This document shows positions 44,569 through 56,300 of a DNA stretch of 64,000 bases, in pieces (the first letter of the stretch is position 1; every line of letters begins with the position of its first letter). The notes under the pieces are model-generated. The model made no database searches. It saw only the letters and a program-made list of their open reading frames with translations, and was not told the DNA's origin. The position numbers and the translations under genes were made by a program. Source of the DNA: Galbitalea sp. (GTDB taxonomy: Bacteria > Actinomycetota > Actinomycetes > Actinomycetales > Microbacteriaceae); contig DATAZY010000096.1 of assembly GCA_036271795.1 (NCBI GenBank), positions 46,610 through 110,609 on the forward strand, given 5' to 3'.

Positions 44569-46634
44569 CCGTGGATCACGTCATCCCGTACCCACGTCAA
44601 AACAATCTCGAGGAACAGATTCACATGCCGCTTTTCCACCCCATCGCCAACGGACTTGAGGTCCGCCACCGCCACGAGGTGCTCCAAATCGAGGCCTGGG
44701 GCAACGACGCTGTTCGTGTCCGCGCCGCTCAGCATTCGATCGAGCCGCGGGATCACGGGGCCTTGGACACGCCCCCGGCGAGCGCACCACCGTCGATCGA
44801 GATCGCTGGTGACCGCGCCGAGATAACACAGGGAAAGATTCGGGTGGTCGTCACCCTGAATCGTTTGGAGGCAAACCCGGAACCCTTCCTGGGGTTCTTT
44901 CACGCGCAGACGGGCAAACCCCTGCTTCGCGAACAGCGCGAACATTTCTGGGCACCGGGCGCGCGCGTCTACTTCGGAAACCGTGCTGGAAACTATGAGC
45001 TGCAGCAGGAGTTCGAGGCGCACGACGACGAGCTGTTGTTCGGTATGGGACAACGAACTCACGGACGACTCAATCTCAAGGGGCTGGCGCTCGACCTCAC
45101 CCAACGCAACGGTGAGGTCAACATCCCTTTCGTGCTCTCGAATCGGGGCTACGGACTGCTCTGGAACCTGCCGGCGATCGGTCGGGTCGAGTTCGCAACC
45201 AACGCGACCCGCTGGCAGGCGACGCAAGGCCGCCAGATCGACTATTGGATCACCGCGGGGGACACCCCTGCAGATATCCTCGCATCGTATGCGGACGCGA
45301 CGGGGCACGTTCCGGACCTTCCTACCTGGGCGAGCGGCTTCTGGCAATCCAAGCTCCGCTACCGCACCCAGAACGAGCTCATGGATGTGGCTCGGGAATT
45401 CAAACGTCGCAGGTTGCCGCTGTCGGTAATCGTCTCCGATTATTTCCATTGGTCGGCGATGGGCGACTACAGATTCGACCGCGACGAATGGCCTGATCCG
45501 GCGGCAATGGTCGACGAGCTTCGCGAGATGGGTGTCGAGCTCATGGTGTCCGTGTGGCCGACGGTATCGCCGTTGTCTGAGCACTACGCCGAGTACCGAG
45601 ATGCAGGGCTGCTTGTTGGCACGGATCAGGGCGTGGAGGCGCACCAGGTTATTCGGGATAAGGGAATGCCGCAGCCTCTCCCGGTCAGTTTTTACGACCC
45701 CACCAACCCTCGGACACGTGACTTCGTCTGGAACCTAGTCCGGGAGAATTACGCGAAATACGGTATCCGGGTGTGGTGGCTCGACGCATCGGAGCCCGAG
45801 ATCAACCCAGCCCATCCGGCGAACCTCTCCTTCTACGCCGGACCCGGCGCCCAGGTCGCCAATATTTACCCGCGGGACAACTCGAGGCTGTTCGCCGAGG
45901 GAATGACGGCGGATGGTCTGCCGCAGACCGTATTGTTTTCTCGCTCGGCATGGGCCGGCTCCCAAAAATACGGCACAGCCGTTTGGTCGGGGGACATCCC
46001 GGCGACCTGGGAGTCACTCGCAACGCAGGTGCGGGCGGGGCTCAATATCGCGATTTCGGGCATTCCGTGGTGGACCACAGACATCGGGGGCTTTCATGGC
46101 GGCGATCCGTCAGATCCCGCCTATCAAGAGCTCATGATTCGATGGTTTCAGTTCGGCGTGTTTTGCCCGCTATTTCGGCTGCACGGAGATCGCGAACCAC
46201 GAACGCCCACCGGATATCTGCAGACTGGCGGGCCGAACGAGCCATGGTCTTACGGTGATCAGGCATACGAAGTCATCCGCGACCTGATGAACCTCCGCGA
46301 GCGCATGCGCCCGTACATCCACGAGCAGATGGCGATCGCTCAGCGCACTGGACTGCCTCCGATGCGACCGCTATTCGTCGATCACCCGGACGACGAGCAC
46401 GTCTGGCTGGTCGACGATGAATTCATGTTCGGAACAGACATCCTTGTCGCGCCTGTGCTCCAGGCAGGGCAGGCGACGAGAGAGGTGTACCTCCCGGCCG
46501 GATTCGACTGGACCAACGTGTGGACAGGGATCACCCACGCGGGAGGCAGAAGCCTTGCCGTGGAAACGCCCATCGATCGCATTCCACTCTTCACCATCGC
46601 CGGAAGCAGCATCCTGGCAACACTCCGAGGCTAG
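44565..46634 (+). CDS. glycoside hydrolase family 31 (alpha-xylosidase / alpha-glucosidase type)
   Basis: VWWLDASEPE is a nucleophile-region motif typical of GH31. ATG at 44565 overlaps the permease stop (ATGA). The track start at 44358 is rejected. Confidence 0.85.
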   Translation: MTVDHVIPYPRQNNLEEQIHMPLFHPIANGLEVRHRHEVLQIEAWGNDAVRVRAAQHSIEPRDHGALDTPPASAPPSIEIAGDRAEITQGKIRVVVTLNRLEANPEPFLGFFHAQTGKPLLREQREHFWAPGARVYFGNRAGNYELQQEFEAHDDELLFGMGQRTHGRLNLKGLALDLTQRNGEVNIPFVLSNRGYGLLWNLPAIGRVEFATNATRWQATQGRQIDYWITAGDTPADILASYADATGHVPDLPTWASGFWQSKLRYRTQNELMDVAREFKRRRLPLSVIVSDYFHWSAMGDYRFDRDEWPDPAAMVDELREMGVELMVSVWPTVSPLSEHYAEYRDAGLLVGTDQGVEAHQVIRDKGMPQPLPVSFYDPTNPRTRDFVWNLVRENYAKYGIRVWWLDASEPEINPAHPANLSFYAGPGAQVANIYPRDNSRLFAEGMTADGLPQTVLFSRSAWAGSQKYGTAVWSGDIPATWESLATQVRAGLNIAISGIPWWTTDIGGFHGGDPSDPAYQELMIRWFQFGVFCPLFRLHGDREPRTPTGYLQTGGPNEPWSYGDQAYEVIRDLMNLRERMRPYIHEQMAIAQRTGLPPMRPLFVDHPDDEHVWLVDDEFMFGTDILVAPVLQAGQATREVYLPAGFDWTNVWTGITHAGGRSLAVETPIDRIPLFTIAGSSILATLRG

Positions 46635-47431
46635 TTTCGAGCGTGTTGCCCATCCCCTTTCCCCGTTGCTTCCTCCTGCTGTTGAAAAGGGAAACGGTTA
46701 CATCTTTGGGTTGAGTCGAGCTGAGAACCTTGCGGGCCTTTCCGTCGTTGCTGGGTTAATCGGTTTCGCGGGAAACTAGTTCGTTGCGATCTACCGCATC
46801 CGCGTTGGCAAACAGATCAGTTCGGCAGCACTAGTCGCTGACGGGGTGCCATGCGCGGCTGGACGGTTGACCTCTTTATTTGTCGTCCTTGGTGCGTTCG
46901 GTGTGATGATCGGGATTCCGCTGACGGAGCCGATCAGGTCTGCAGATCGCAGATTTCGATCCTCATCCTGTGGGGGAAAGGTGAGAAGCATTACTCGAAG
47001 GCTGATGGACGGTATCGATCCGGGCTCCTTGAAGCGGCGTAATAAGCTCCTGAGCACGTGACCGGGACCGCGGCCGTGTCAGCGATCAAGCGGCGGGGGT
47101 CGGGCCACCGGCTCCAGGCCACTGCCTTCGTGCAGGTCGCCATCTGAAGCTGGCGGGGTTGAGTTGAAAGTCGAGAGATCACGGGATCGACGCCCGTCGG
47201 AGCCACTACATGTAAATAGGCTTTGAGCAGCTTACTTAATAACTTTGGCGTCCGGAATTAAGGTCCGAAGCGGGCGCTCTTGACTACAATTCGACTAGAT
47301 CTCAATTGGTCAGCCAGTAGTTAACTGGGTTTTGAACAGGCACTGACTACATGATTCGTTCGCCTTGATGGCCCCTAACACCACCGCGACTTTGGCAGAG
47401 GCGTCCGCTTCTGCATGCATACTGGCTCTCT

Positions 47432-48637
47432 TCAGACCAACCGTGTTACACGGCTCGCGACGAGCGCGAGGACTGCCGCGACCAAGAGTCCGGCGGCGCC
47501 AATCACGCAGATGAGGGCGGCAGCGAGGCCGGAGACGATCAGGCTCCCTCCGACGGCCGCGCCGACGGCCTGTCCGACGTAGGTTCCGGTGGAGTTGAAC
47601 GCAATGACGACGCTGGCGGTCTTTGGGTGCATGCCGGTCAGCATGTGGTTGTCTGGGGCGACAAACCCCCAACTTCCGATGCCACCGACGACCGCAAATG
47701 CAAGCACGACAGCACCATTCGGGATGAAAGCGATGCCGAGCAATGCCAGAGCCAGCAGTGCAATGGACAGAGCCGAGGTCCTCCCGGCCCCAATCCTCTC
47801 CGTCATCCAGCCGCTGCCGAATGCCCCGACCGCGCCACCAACGCCCCAGACAAGAAGGAAAATGGCCAGCGCGCTTCCGGTGACGTGGGCTGTGCGGTCA
47901 AGGATCGGCGCGATGTAGGTGTAGACCATGATCCCGGATCCCGTGGCAAGTGCGGTCACACCAACGACGAGCAGCACGCGACGTTGTGCCATCAGGGCGA
48001 ATCGTGCGCGTAGCGGTGATTGCGCGTCCCCATTGAGGTGCGGCAGAACGATGGAGATGGCGACGAGGGCGACGATTCCGAGGGCTGCGACAAGAAGGAG
48101 GCTGCCCTGCCAACCGACCTGTTGTCCGATGGCCGTACCGGCAGGGACTCCAATGACCGTGCCCAGTGCGATGCCACCCAATACCACTGACAGTGCCCGG
48201 CCCCGCCGCGCCGGCCCCGCCAGCGTTGTAGCCGCAGCGTTGGCCGTCGGTGTGAAGCTCGCCGCTCCGAGCGCGGTGAGTACCCGACTAATCAGCAGCA
48301 CAGCCAGCGTTGGAGCGAACGCGCCCGCGATGTTTCCGACGGTGAACAGGGCGAGGGCGATGAGGATGAGGGCCTTTCGCGGGAGTCGCTGCGTCAGCAC
48401 CGAGAGGAACGGTGCTGCGATCGCGTAGGTGATCGCAAAAGCGGTCACAACCTGCCCCGCCGCGCCTTCGGAGACCCTCAACCCGCGCGCGAGCTCGGGA
48501 AGAATGCCGGCCAGGACAAAGGAGTCGGTACCAATGGCGAAGGTGCCGACGGCGAACAACATAGTTGCCGGCAACCAACGGGCTCCGGCGTGCGGCGGTG
48601 CCGCAACGGGCGATGATGCTGTCGATGTATCGGTCAT
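47432..48637 (-). CDS. MFS transporter (DHA1-like)
   Basis: Twelve hydrophobic segments. ATG at 48637. The track extension is rejected. Confidence 0.8.
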   Translation of the reverse strand: MTDTSTASSPVAAPPHAGARWLPATMLFAVGTFAIGTDSFVLAGILPELARGLRVSEGAAGQVVTAFAITYAIAAPFLSVLTQRLPRKALILIALALFTVGNIAGAFAPTLAVLLISRVLTALGAASFTPTANAAATTLAGPARRGRALSVVLGGIALGTVIGVPAGTAIGQQVGWQGSLLLVAALGIVALVAISIVLPHLNGDAQSPLRARFALMAQRRVLLVVGVTALATGSGIMVYTYIAPILDRTAHVTGSALAIFLLVWGVGGAVGAFGSGWMTERIGAGRTSALSIALLALALLGIAFIPNGAVVLAFAVVGGIGSWGFVAPDNHMLTGMHPKTASVVIAFNSTGTYVGQAVGAAVGGSLIVSGLAAALICVIGAAGLLVAAVLALVASRVTRLV

Positions 48638-48719
48638 GTCCCCAGCGTGCGCTGACGCGTTAAACTGGTACAGAGACGGTTCATGCTGGTATGAAGAGCA
48701 CCCGTTTGAGGAGGTAGTC

Positions 48720-49538
48720 GTGCCCGACACTGTGCAGAGAGCTGAACTTGCCGAGTTTCTTCGCGCGAAGCGGGAGGCGACCGATCCCGTCAGCGTCGGG
48801 CTCATTCCCGGCGGTCGTCGCCGTACGCCAGGGCTTCGCCGAGAAGAACTCGCCCAGCTCGCCGGCGTCAGCGTGACCTGGTACACATGGCTCGAGCAGG
48901 CGCGTGACATTACCGTGAGCCGTCAGGTACTCGAGAGCCTGGTCCGAGAGCTCCGACTTACGCCGGCCGAGCGGGCCCACGTCTTCACCCTCGCAGGCAT
49001 GGCGTTGCCGGTCGAGGTACCCCATCCCCACACTGTGGATAGTCTTCTGAGCCGACTTGTCCACGACTTCATGCCAAAACCTGCGTACGTTGCGAACCCA
49101 TGGTGGGACATCCTGGTCGCAAATGAGGCCTACTCCACCCTGCTCGGCGGACTTAACCATCGACCGCCGCCGGAACGCAACATCCTTTGGATCACCGTCA
49201 CTGAGTCACGCAGGACGGGCTTGTTCGTGGACTGGGCGACGGAAGCGCGTTCCCTGGCGGGACAATTGCGCGTCAACCTGGCGCAGCATCCGGATGATCC
49301 CCGCGGTCCACAACTACTGCGGTCCGTTTTGGAAGCAGATGATACTTTCCGCCAGATGTGGGATGAGCATACGGTGGCGCAATTCGAATCCTCCCGGAAA
49401 CGGCTGCGCCACCCGGGGGTTGGACGGCTCAATCTCGACTATCTGAAGTTCGCACCAGCAAACGATGAACAGCTCTCACTCATCCTTTTTCTACCCGCGG
49501 ATGAGGCGACCGCCCGAAAACTGACCGAATTGGGTTGA
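48720..49538 (+). CDS. MmyB-like helix-turn-helix transcriptional regulator
   Basis: GAGGAGG SD and GTG at 48720. LRREELAQLAGVSVTWYTWLEQAR is the characteristic MmyB-type HTH. Divergent from the MFS gene. Confidence 0.7.
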   Translation: MPDTVQRAELAEFLRAKREATDPVSVGLIPGGRRRTPGLRREELAQLAGVSVTWYTWLEQARDITVSRQVLESLVRELRLTPAERAHVFTLAGMALPVEVPHPHTVDSLLSRLVHDFMPKPAYVANPWWDILVANEAYSTLLGGLNHRPPPERNILWITVTESRRTGLFVDWATEARSLAGQLRVNLAQHPDDPRGPQLLRSVLEADDTFRQMWDEHTVAQFESSRKRLRHPGVGRLNLDYLKFAPANDEQLSLILFLPADEATARKLTELG

Positions 49539-49766
49539 ACTCACTGGTTCCGAAAGACGATCGGAACTGGCAGGCGTGAGTCAGAGTTGGCTGTGGCCTG
49601 ATTGCTCCGCCCACTGATCCGTCTATAGCCGTGTGGCTGCAAGCACGGCGCGACCTTCCCGATAGGGATTTTCAATTGTCCATGCGCCGACACCATCGAA
49701 AGCTCTGAAGGATCTAGGCCGCCCAGGCAAAGCGTAGGGGAGCTTCCTTGGTGGTTCATCGTCATC

Positions 49767-50144
49767 TCATGATTTCATTTGAGACATGCAACCCGTCGAT
49801 GCTCGATCACGCGAGCTGTCGCGCACCTGTCTCGAGCACCATCGCGGCGAGTGTGTCTTTGCAGTCTGGGCCGCGCCGGGCGCAGCGTCCATCTGTGCGG
49901 CTGCAACTGCGTCGTCGTAGAGGATGACCAGTTGGCCCGCGAAAAGGGCTGGGTTTTGCGCGCCCAACGGCCCGACGAGGTCGTCGAACATGCCGTGGAG
50001 CGATGCCCGGAAGTTCGCGGCCGCAGCGAGTTCCGGTCCGCCTTCTTGCGCCTCGGCGACCGCGTTCATGAAGGAGCAGCCTCGATAGTCGTGCTCTGCG
50101 AAAAGTTCGCCATCGCTCCCACACTTGTCGTGAACGGCAGTCAC
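49767..50144 (-). pseudogene. TetR-family regulator C-terminal fragment (no HTH)
   Basis: YRGCSFMNAVAEA....AAAANFRASL..MF..L......P...A.QLVILYDDAVAAA is a TetR ligand-domain pattern. The upstream HTH is missing. Confidence 0.5.
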
Positions 50145-50294
50145 GACATCGTGATCCCGACATCAACTCCTACACGCTGCAACAACAGATCTCCGGCGGC
50201 GAAACTGCTGATCTACCCCGACAGCGGACAGGGAGCGCAGTTCCAATATCCAGCCGACTTTGTCCGCGAAGCGACCAACTTCTTAGAACACTGA
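50124..50294 (+). pseudogene. alpha/beta hydrolase C-terminal fragment
   Basis: LVVNGSHDIVIPT....N...PAAKLLIYPDSGQGAQFQYPADFVREATNFLEH. This is the tail only, and it abuts the TetR fragment. Confidence 0.5.
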
Positions 50295-50389
50295 CGGGGT
50301 CGAGCGGCGCAGCGATGCTGCCGATCAGATGGCGATTCGTTGTACCTAAGGCTCCCCGAGGAACAGCTCGATTCGGCACAGCCACGTTC

Positions 50390-51094
50390 TCACGGGGCAG
50401 CGTGCCATTCCGACGGGTCTATGGTCTCTAAGCTCCGCAGCTCGGGCGCACGAAAGTCGAGAACTTGCTCGCTCTGGCCGTCGATAACAATCGCTTGCCC
50501 GTCGCTTAAGGTTCGGTACTTGGCGTTGTGGGCGACGAAGTAATCCACGACCTGCTCGATCTGAAAAGTTTGACTATCCCTCGATCGGTAGTGGGGCGCG
50601 ATTCGATAGGGCACCAGATCAAGCCCGGACCAAACCACGTTGCTCTGATACGAGACCGGAACCTCGTGTGGATCATCCACCAGGTCAATACCGTGAAGTG
50701 TTGGACCAGCGACAACCGCGCCTGCGCTGTAACCGCCATACGTCAGCCTTGATGCACGGAGAAGCCGCGGCAGGATCTCATCAAGCCCGCTGTAGCGCAT
50801 CGCTCGTCTCAGAACGAATGCGTTTCCACCCATCGCCCAGATGGCTCCGTACGCGCCGAGATCATCTTCGAGGTTCTTGGTGTGATCGAAATATCGGCGC
50901 AAATCCAACTCTTCGGAATGAAGGCCGATCGCACTCAGACGGGCAATCTCGTTGGCGAGACCAGCAGCCCTTTGGTTCTGGGGCATCCCGTCGTTCGCAT
51001 TCGCCGTGATCGCAACTGGTTGGTTTTCACCGATCAAGTCTGCGAGGTTGGAAGGCACCCCACCGGGGTCGTACGACGCGAGATACAACTTCAC
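50390..51094 (-). CDS. peptidase S51 (peptidase E-like) family protein
   Basis: GGNAFVL and [10 protein letters not shown] (nucleophile Ser context) are typical of S51. Its GTG start overlaps the kbl stop (GTGA at 51091-51094). Confidence 0.7.
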   Translation of the reverse strand: MKLYLASYDPGGVPSNLADLIGENQPVAITANANDGMPQNQRAAGLANEIARLSAIGLHSEELDLRRYFDHTKNLEDDLGAYGAIWAMGGNAFVLRRAMRYSGLDEILPRLLRASRLTYGGYSAGAVVAGPTLHGIDLVDDPHEVPVSYQSNVVWSGLDLVPYRIAPHYRSRDSQTFQIEQVVDYFVAHNAKYRTLSDGQAIVIDGQSEQVLDFRAPELRSLETIDPSEWHAAP

Positions 51095-52269
51095 GCCTCT
51101 TCCTCTCTCGCACCCACAAACGCGAGAACACCTGCCTCAATATCGGCATCCGAGTGAGCCGAAGAAAGTTGAACGCGGATCCTGGCGCGTCCCATGGGAA
51201 CTACTGGGTAGGTGAACGCCGTCGCGTACACGCCACGGGTGAACAGCCCGCGAGCGATCGCGGTGGCTTCGAGTTCGTCGGCAAACATGACGGGAACGAT
51301 CGCGTGGTCGCCGGCAAGAACCAGAAACCCTTCCTCTTGCATCCGCGACCGCATCATGGCGGCGTTGTGCCAGAGGCGGTCTCGGCCCTCAGCATCGGCC
51401 CTCACAACGTCAAGCGCCGTTAGTGCACCCATCACGCTGGAGGGAGGCACCGCATTTGAGAAGAGGTACGGTCTCGCCCGCTGACGCAACAGGTCGACCA
51501 CCTGACGAGACCCGCTCACGTATCCCCCCGTCGCACCGCCCAGCGCCTTTCCCAGGGTGCCGGTCAGGATGTCGACTCTGTCCTCGACACCGAACAGCTC
51601 CGGAGTGCCGCGGCCGGTCTTACCGACGAAACCCACCGCGTGCGAGTCGTCGACCATGACCATAGCGTCGTATTTTGCTGCCAGATCGCAAATCTCGGGA
51701 AGGGGCGCGTAGTAGCCATCCATGGAGAACACCCCGTCTGTGACGATTAATCTTCTTCGGGCTGACTGCGCTTGGATCAGTTGCGCTTCAAGGTCCTCCA
51801 TGTCACGGTTCGCGTACCGAAGCCGCGCGGCCTTCGAGAGACGGATTCCGTCAATGATTGAGGCGTGATTGAGAGCATCCGAGATGATCGCGTCATCGGA
51901 GTCGAGCAGGACTTCGAAGATCGCTCCGTTCGCGTCGAAGCACGACGGGAACAGAATCGTGGCCTCGGTCTTTAGGAACTCGGTCAAAGACTCTTCAAGT
52001 TCCAGATGGATTTTCTGCGTGCCGGAAATGAACCGCACGCTCGCCATGCCGAAGCCCCAGGTGTCCAACGCCGCTTTCGCCGCGCGTATGACGTCAGGAT
52101 GATTGGCCAACCCGAGGTAGTTGTTGCTGCAAAAATTCAGCACCTCCCGATCGGCCACCTCAACACGCGGCCCCTGCGGACTTGCTAGTGGTCGTTCGGA
52201 TTTCAGCAGACCGGCCTTCTCGATCTCATTCAGGGTCTGCTGCAACTCGTCACGCAATTCGGTCTTCAT
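51091..52269 (-). CDS. kbl: glycine C-acetyltransferase (2-amino-3-ketobutyrate CoA ligase)
   Basis: [10 protein letters not shown] and the PLP-lysine region GTLGKALGG. Located next to tdh. Confidence 0.85.
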   Translation of the reverse strand: MKTELRDELQQTLNEIEKAGLLKSERPLASPQGPRVEVADREVLNFCSNNYLGLANHPDVIRAAKAALDTWGFGMASVRFISGTQKIHLELEESLTEFLKTEATILFPSCFDANGAIFEVLLDSDDAIISDALNHASIIDGIRLSKAARLRYANRDMEDLEAQLIQAQSARRRLIVTDGVFSMDGYYAPLPEICDLAAKYDAMVMVDDSHAVGFVGKTGRGTPELFGVEDRVDILTGTLGKALGGATGGYVSGSRQVVDLLRQRARPYLFSNAVPPSSVMGALTALDVVRADAEGRDRLWHNAAMMRSRMQEEGFLVLAGDHAIVPVMFADELEATAIARGLFTRGVYATAFTYPVVPMGRARIRVQLSSAHSDADIEAGVLAFVGAREEEA

Positions 52270-52276
52270 CGCGAAC

Positions 52277-53302
52277 CTAACTCCAATCCAGAACAACCTT
52301 TCCGCGGGCACCCGCGCGAGCCGTCGCGAAGGCGTCTTCCCAGTCCGATGCCATGAACCGGTCGGTTATAACGGGGGCAATGTCGAGCCCGGTTGCCAAC
52401 ATCGCGCTCATGGCGTGCCAGGTCTCGAACATCTCACGTCCGTAGATGCCTTTGATAGTGATCATGTGTGTCACGACCTTTGCCCAGTCAAGGCTGACCG
52501 GCTCGCTTGTGAGTCCAAGGACGGCGATTCGTCCCCCGTGGGTGAGATTGGCCACCATGCTCGGGAGGGCAGACGGATGGCCACTCATTTCCAAGCCGAC
52601 GTCGAAGCCTTCTCGCAGACCGAGTCGCTTCTGCGCCGACCCGATCGACTCGGTCGTCACGTTCACGGCGAGGTCAACTCCCATGGTTCGTGCAAGGTCT
52701 AGTCGGCCCTCGGAGACGTCGGTAACGACGACATATCGGGCACCGGCATGTCGAGCGATCTTTGCTGCCATGAGTCCGATGGGCCCGGCACCGGTGATGA
52801 GGACGTCCTCGCCAACTAGCGGGAAGGACAGAGCAGTGTGGGTCGCGTTTCCGAACGGGTCGAAGATTGCCGCCAGATCGGGGTCGATTCGCGTTGCGTG
52901 AGTCCAGACGTTTCCCGCGGGCATCGTGACGAACTCGGCGAAGGCGCCGTCACGATTTACCCCGAGCCCGATCGTGCGAATGCACAGATGACGGCGGCCA
53001 GCGAGACAGTTCCGGCATGTTCCGCAGACGATGTGTCCTTCTCCGGAGACCTGATCGCCAAGGTGGACGGACGTGACTTCGTCGCCCAGCTCGACAACGG
53101 TCCCCGAGAACTCGTGGCCCGGGATCAGCGGAGCATTGACCGCCCCCGCGGCCCAGCTGTCCCACTCGGCAATGTGGAGATCGGTGCCACAGATGCCCGT
53201 GCGATCGACCCTGATCTTGACCTCGCCGACGCCCGGAACAGGCTCAGGGCGATCCATCATCGTGAGACCAGGAACACCAGGCTCTTTGAAAAGTGCCCTC
53301 AT
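52277..53302 (-). CDS. tdh: L-threonine 3-dehydrogenase
   Basis: Zinc-ADH motifs [12 protein letters not shown] and [15 protein letters not shown]. Paired with kbl. Confidence 0.9.
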   Translation of the reverse strand: MRALFKEPGVPGLTMMDRPEPVPGVGEVKIRVDRTGICGTDLHIAEWDSWAAGAVNAPLIPGHEFSGTVVELGDEVTSVHLGDQVSGEGHIVCGTCRNCLAGRRHLCIRTIGLGVNRDGAFAEFVTMPAGNVWTHATRIDPDLAAIFDPFGNATHTALSFPLVGEDVLITGAGPIGLMAAKIARHAGARYVVVTDVSEGRLDLARTMGVDLAVNVTTESIGSAQKRLGLREGFDVGLEMSGHPSALPSMVANLTHGGRIAVLGLTSEPVSLDWAKVVTHMITIKGIYGREMFETWHAMSAMLATGLDIAPVITDRFMASDWEDAFATARAGARGKVVLDWS

Positions 53303-53311
53303 TGCGCTCGA

Positions 53312-56300
53312 CTACCTCGCGCCAACGTTGATCGACCAGGACCAGCGATAAGTTCCGGCTCGGACTCGGAACCGTGGTTCAACATCGGGACCGACCGACG
53401 CGGTACCCAGACCACGATGAGCGATATCCAAGTGAACGACCGTCGATTCACCCGCCCCAAGTTCCCACCAGTGAGCAGTGTCGGCAAGCGCTTCATCGCG
53501 ATGATGAGTTACCGACGCCTGCAGCGGTTGAGGCGCCGTTATCAGGATGGTCTCTTGCGGCGATTGGAGCTCGAGTCGTGTTATCGAGGTACGAGCCCCG
53601 TTCTCCTGCGGACGAATGTACGGCACCTGCAGTTGGCTGACGGTGGAGGCCCAGCGCCCCAACATGGCCGAGCTCCGGCGGTCTGAGTAGCACTCATGCG
53701 GTCCGTCGCCGACCCATGCGACGTCCTCGAATCCGGGAGCAATATCGAAAACGATTCCCACCCGCGCGATGTCGTTGAGTTCGGACGGCACCACGACCGT
53801 CTCGTCAAAGGTGAGGGCGCCGTCTGCAGCAGCATGAATGGCCTGTGTGTGACGAATCACATGACCGCCGGTTGACCGATAGATGCTCTCGACGGCGATC
53901 GTCGAGCTATCGTCCTGCGGAATTATTGTGACTAGCTCTCGGATCGGGTTTTCAAGGCCGGCCAATCGAAAACCCGCCGACGCAAACCGGGAGCGATCGT
54001 TGTCGGTGGGAGCCCGCCAGAAAGAGAGGGTCGGCCCTTTGGAAAAGAGAGGATGAGCCGCAATGCCCGTTGCATCAACCGCGACAGCACCTGTTGTGCG
54101 CGAGGGAAGCACTTCGACGTTTTCGCGGAGGTTCGTCTGAAGCTGAGCCAACTCAGTGCCAGCGATTGCCCATGGGGTCGGCGCCGTCGTCGTGACTCGT
54201 ACCCGCAAACCGAGGATGCGAGGATCCGCAAGGGCCGTTACTACTTTCGGTGCCAGTCGCAATTCGACTGTCTCGCCCGCTGCAGCGGATGCCTCGACCA
54301 TGCCGACCGACACCGTGTCATGCACCGACACAAGAATGAGCTCAAGGGAAAGATTCGTGAAGTCCGCAAAGCTCTGCGTATTCCTTACCTTGAGAATCCC
54401 GCGCGACACCTCCTCGGCCGAACCAGCCAGGTCAACTGGCGAGAAGATACGACGCAGTTCATACATCGCCGGATGCGGAATTCCATCCGGGAACAACAGC
54501 CCATCAATGCAGAAGTTTCCGTCATGGTCTGTTTCACCGAAATCGCCACCGTAGCGGTAATGACCATCGTGATCTGGGTCGAGACCGTGATCCCATAGCT
54601 CCCAAATGAACCCGCCCTGAAGACCTGGCGTAGACCGGATCACGGCCCAGTAGTCATCGAGGCTGCCGTTGGAGTTCCCCATAGCGTGCTGGTACTCGCA
54701 CATGATGAGTGGCCGGATCGTCTGACCCGCTGCGCCGTAGGCCGCCAACGCTTCAATCGACGGATACATCGGACAGGACACATCGGTCTGTGATTGGCCA
54801 CCGTACCAGTCCCTCGCGATCGCTCCCTCGTAGTGGATTGGCCGCGAGGGATCCGCCGCGCGCGCCCATCCGGCTGCCGCATCGTGGTTGGTGCCGCTCC
54901 CACTCTCGTTCCCGAGCGACCACATAAAGACGCTGGGATGGTTCCTGTCACGCTGGATCATCCGCCCCACCCGATCGACAAATGCGTCCCGATACCTGGG
55001 ATCATCGCAAACCGATCCGTACCAACCGTGGGATTCAATGTCTGCTTCGTCCACGACGTAGAACCCGAACTCGTCAGCGAGGTCAAGGAAGGCGGGATCG
55101 TTGGGATAATGGGAGGTCCTGATGGCGTTGATATTGAACCGTTTGAGCAATGCGAGTTGCTCACGAAGTTGCGCCTCCGTCAACGTCCTGCCGGTGTGGG
55201 GGTCGAAGTCATGGCGATTCACTCCGTGAATCCAGATCCGCTTGCCATTGACCAGCAGGTCCGGCCCCACGATCTGAACTCGTCGGAAGCCGATGCGCCA
55301 CTGTGCCGAGTCGATTGTCCATCCGTTGTCCCCGACCAGCTCGACGGTCAATTCGTGCAGATGCGGAAGTTCGGCTGACCACGGCTCTACCGAGTCGACT
55401 TCGACCGAGGCCGCGCTCACGCCCACCGCACCGGGGAAGGCCGCGTCCCGCATTTCGTCGGCCAGCCGGCGGTCGAAATCGGACAGTTCGACTCCGACTC
55501 CGGCAAGTCCGATGAGGTTCCAAATTGATCGCATCTCGGATGTGCCATCGTCCGAAGTAGAATCCATGACGTGCGACTTGCGACCGTGGGTGGGCACGTC
55601 CGTTGAGGCGATGACTTCCCGCCCGTCCAGCAGTGCGCGCACTGTTAGGCCGTCGCTGATCACCCCCGATAGGGAGCCGACTGTTGTCGAGATGCCGAGA
55701 AGACCCGTCCCGGTGTCAGGATCGTAGTCCGCAAGAATCTTGACGTCCTGAAGATAGACGGTGGGCGTGGTAAAGAGATACACGCTGCGGGTCAGTCCTC
55801 CGTGCCACCATTGGTCCTGGTCCTCGATGAAGCTCGAGTCGGACCACTTGATGACCGTAAGTTCGATCAGATTTACACCCGGGACAGCGACCGGGGTGAT
55901 GTCGAATTCGGCTGCAAGATGGCTGTCTTTGCTGAGGCCGATCTCCTCGCCGTTCACGCGCGCGATCAGGACGCTCTCCGCTGCGCCAACGTGAAGAATT
56001 ATCCGCCGTCCCATCCACTCATTCGGGATCTCGATTGTGCGGCGATAGAAACCAGTCGGGTTCGCCGTTGGCACGTGAGGGGGTGCCTCGGGGAACGGCA
56101 TCCTGGCATCGAGGTAGATCGGCAGGTCTCCCGTTTCCTGCATCGTCCATGCTCCGGGCACCGTGATCGAACGAAACGGGCCGTTTGGCTGCTGATTCGG
56201 GGAGCCGAGCAGTTCGAAATCCCAGGCGCCGTCGAGGCTCAGCCGCTCATTGTGGCTGATGCTGTGACTCGGCTCCCGGCCGATCGAGGTCACGGTTGGA

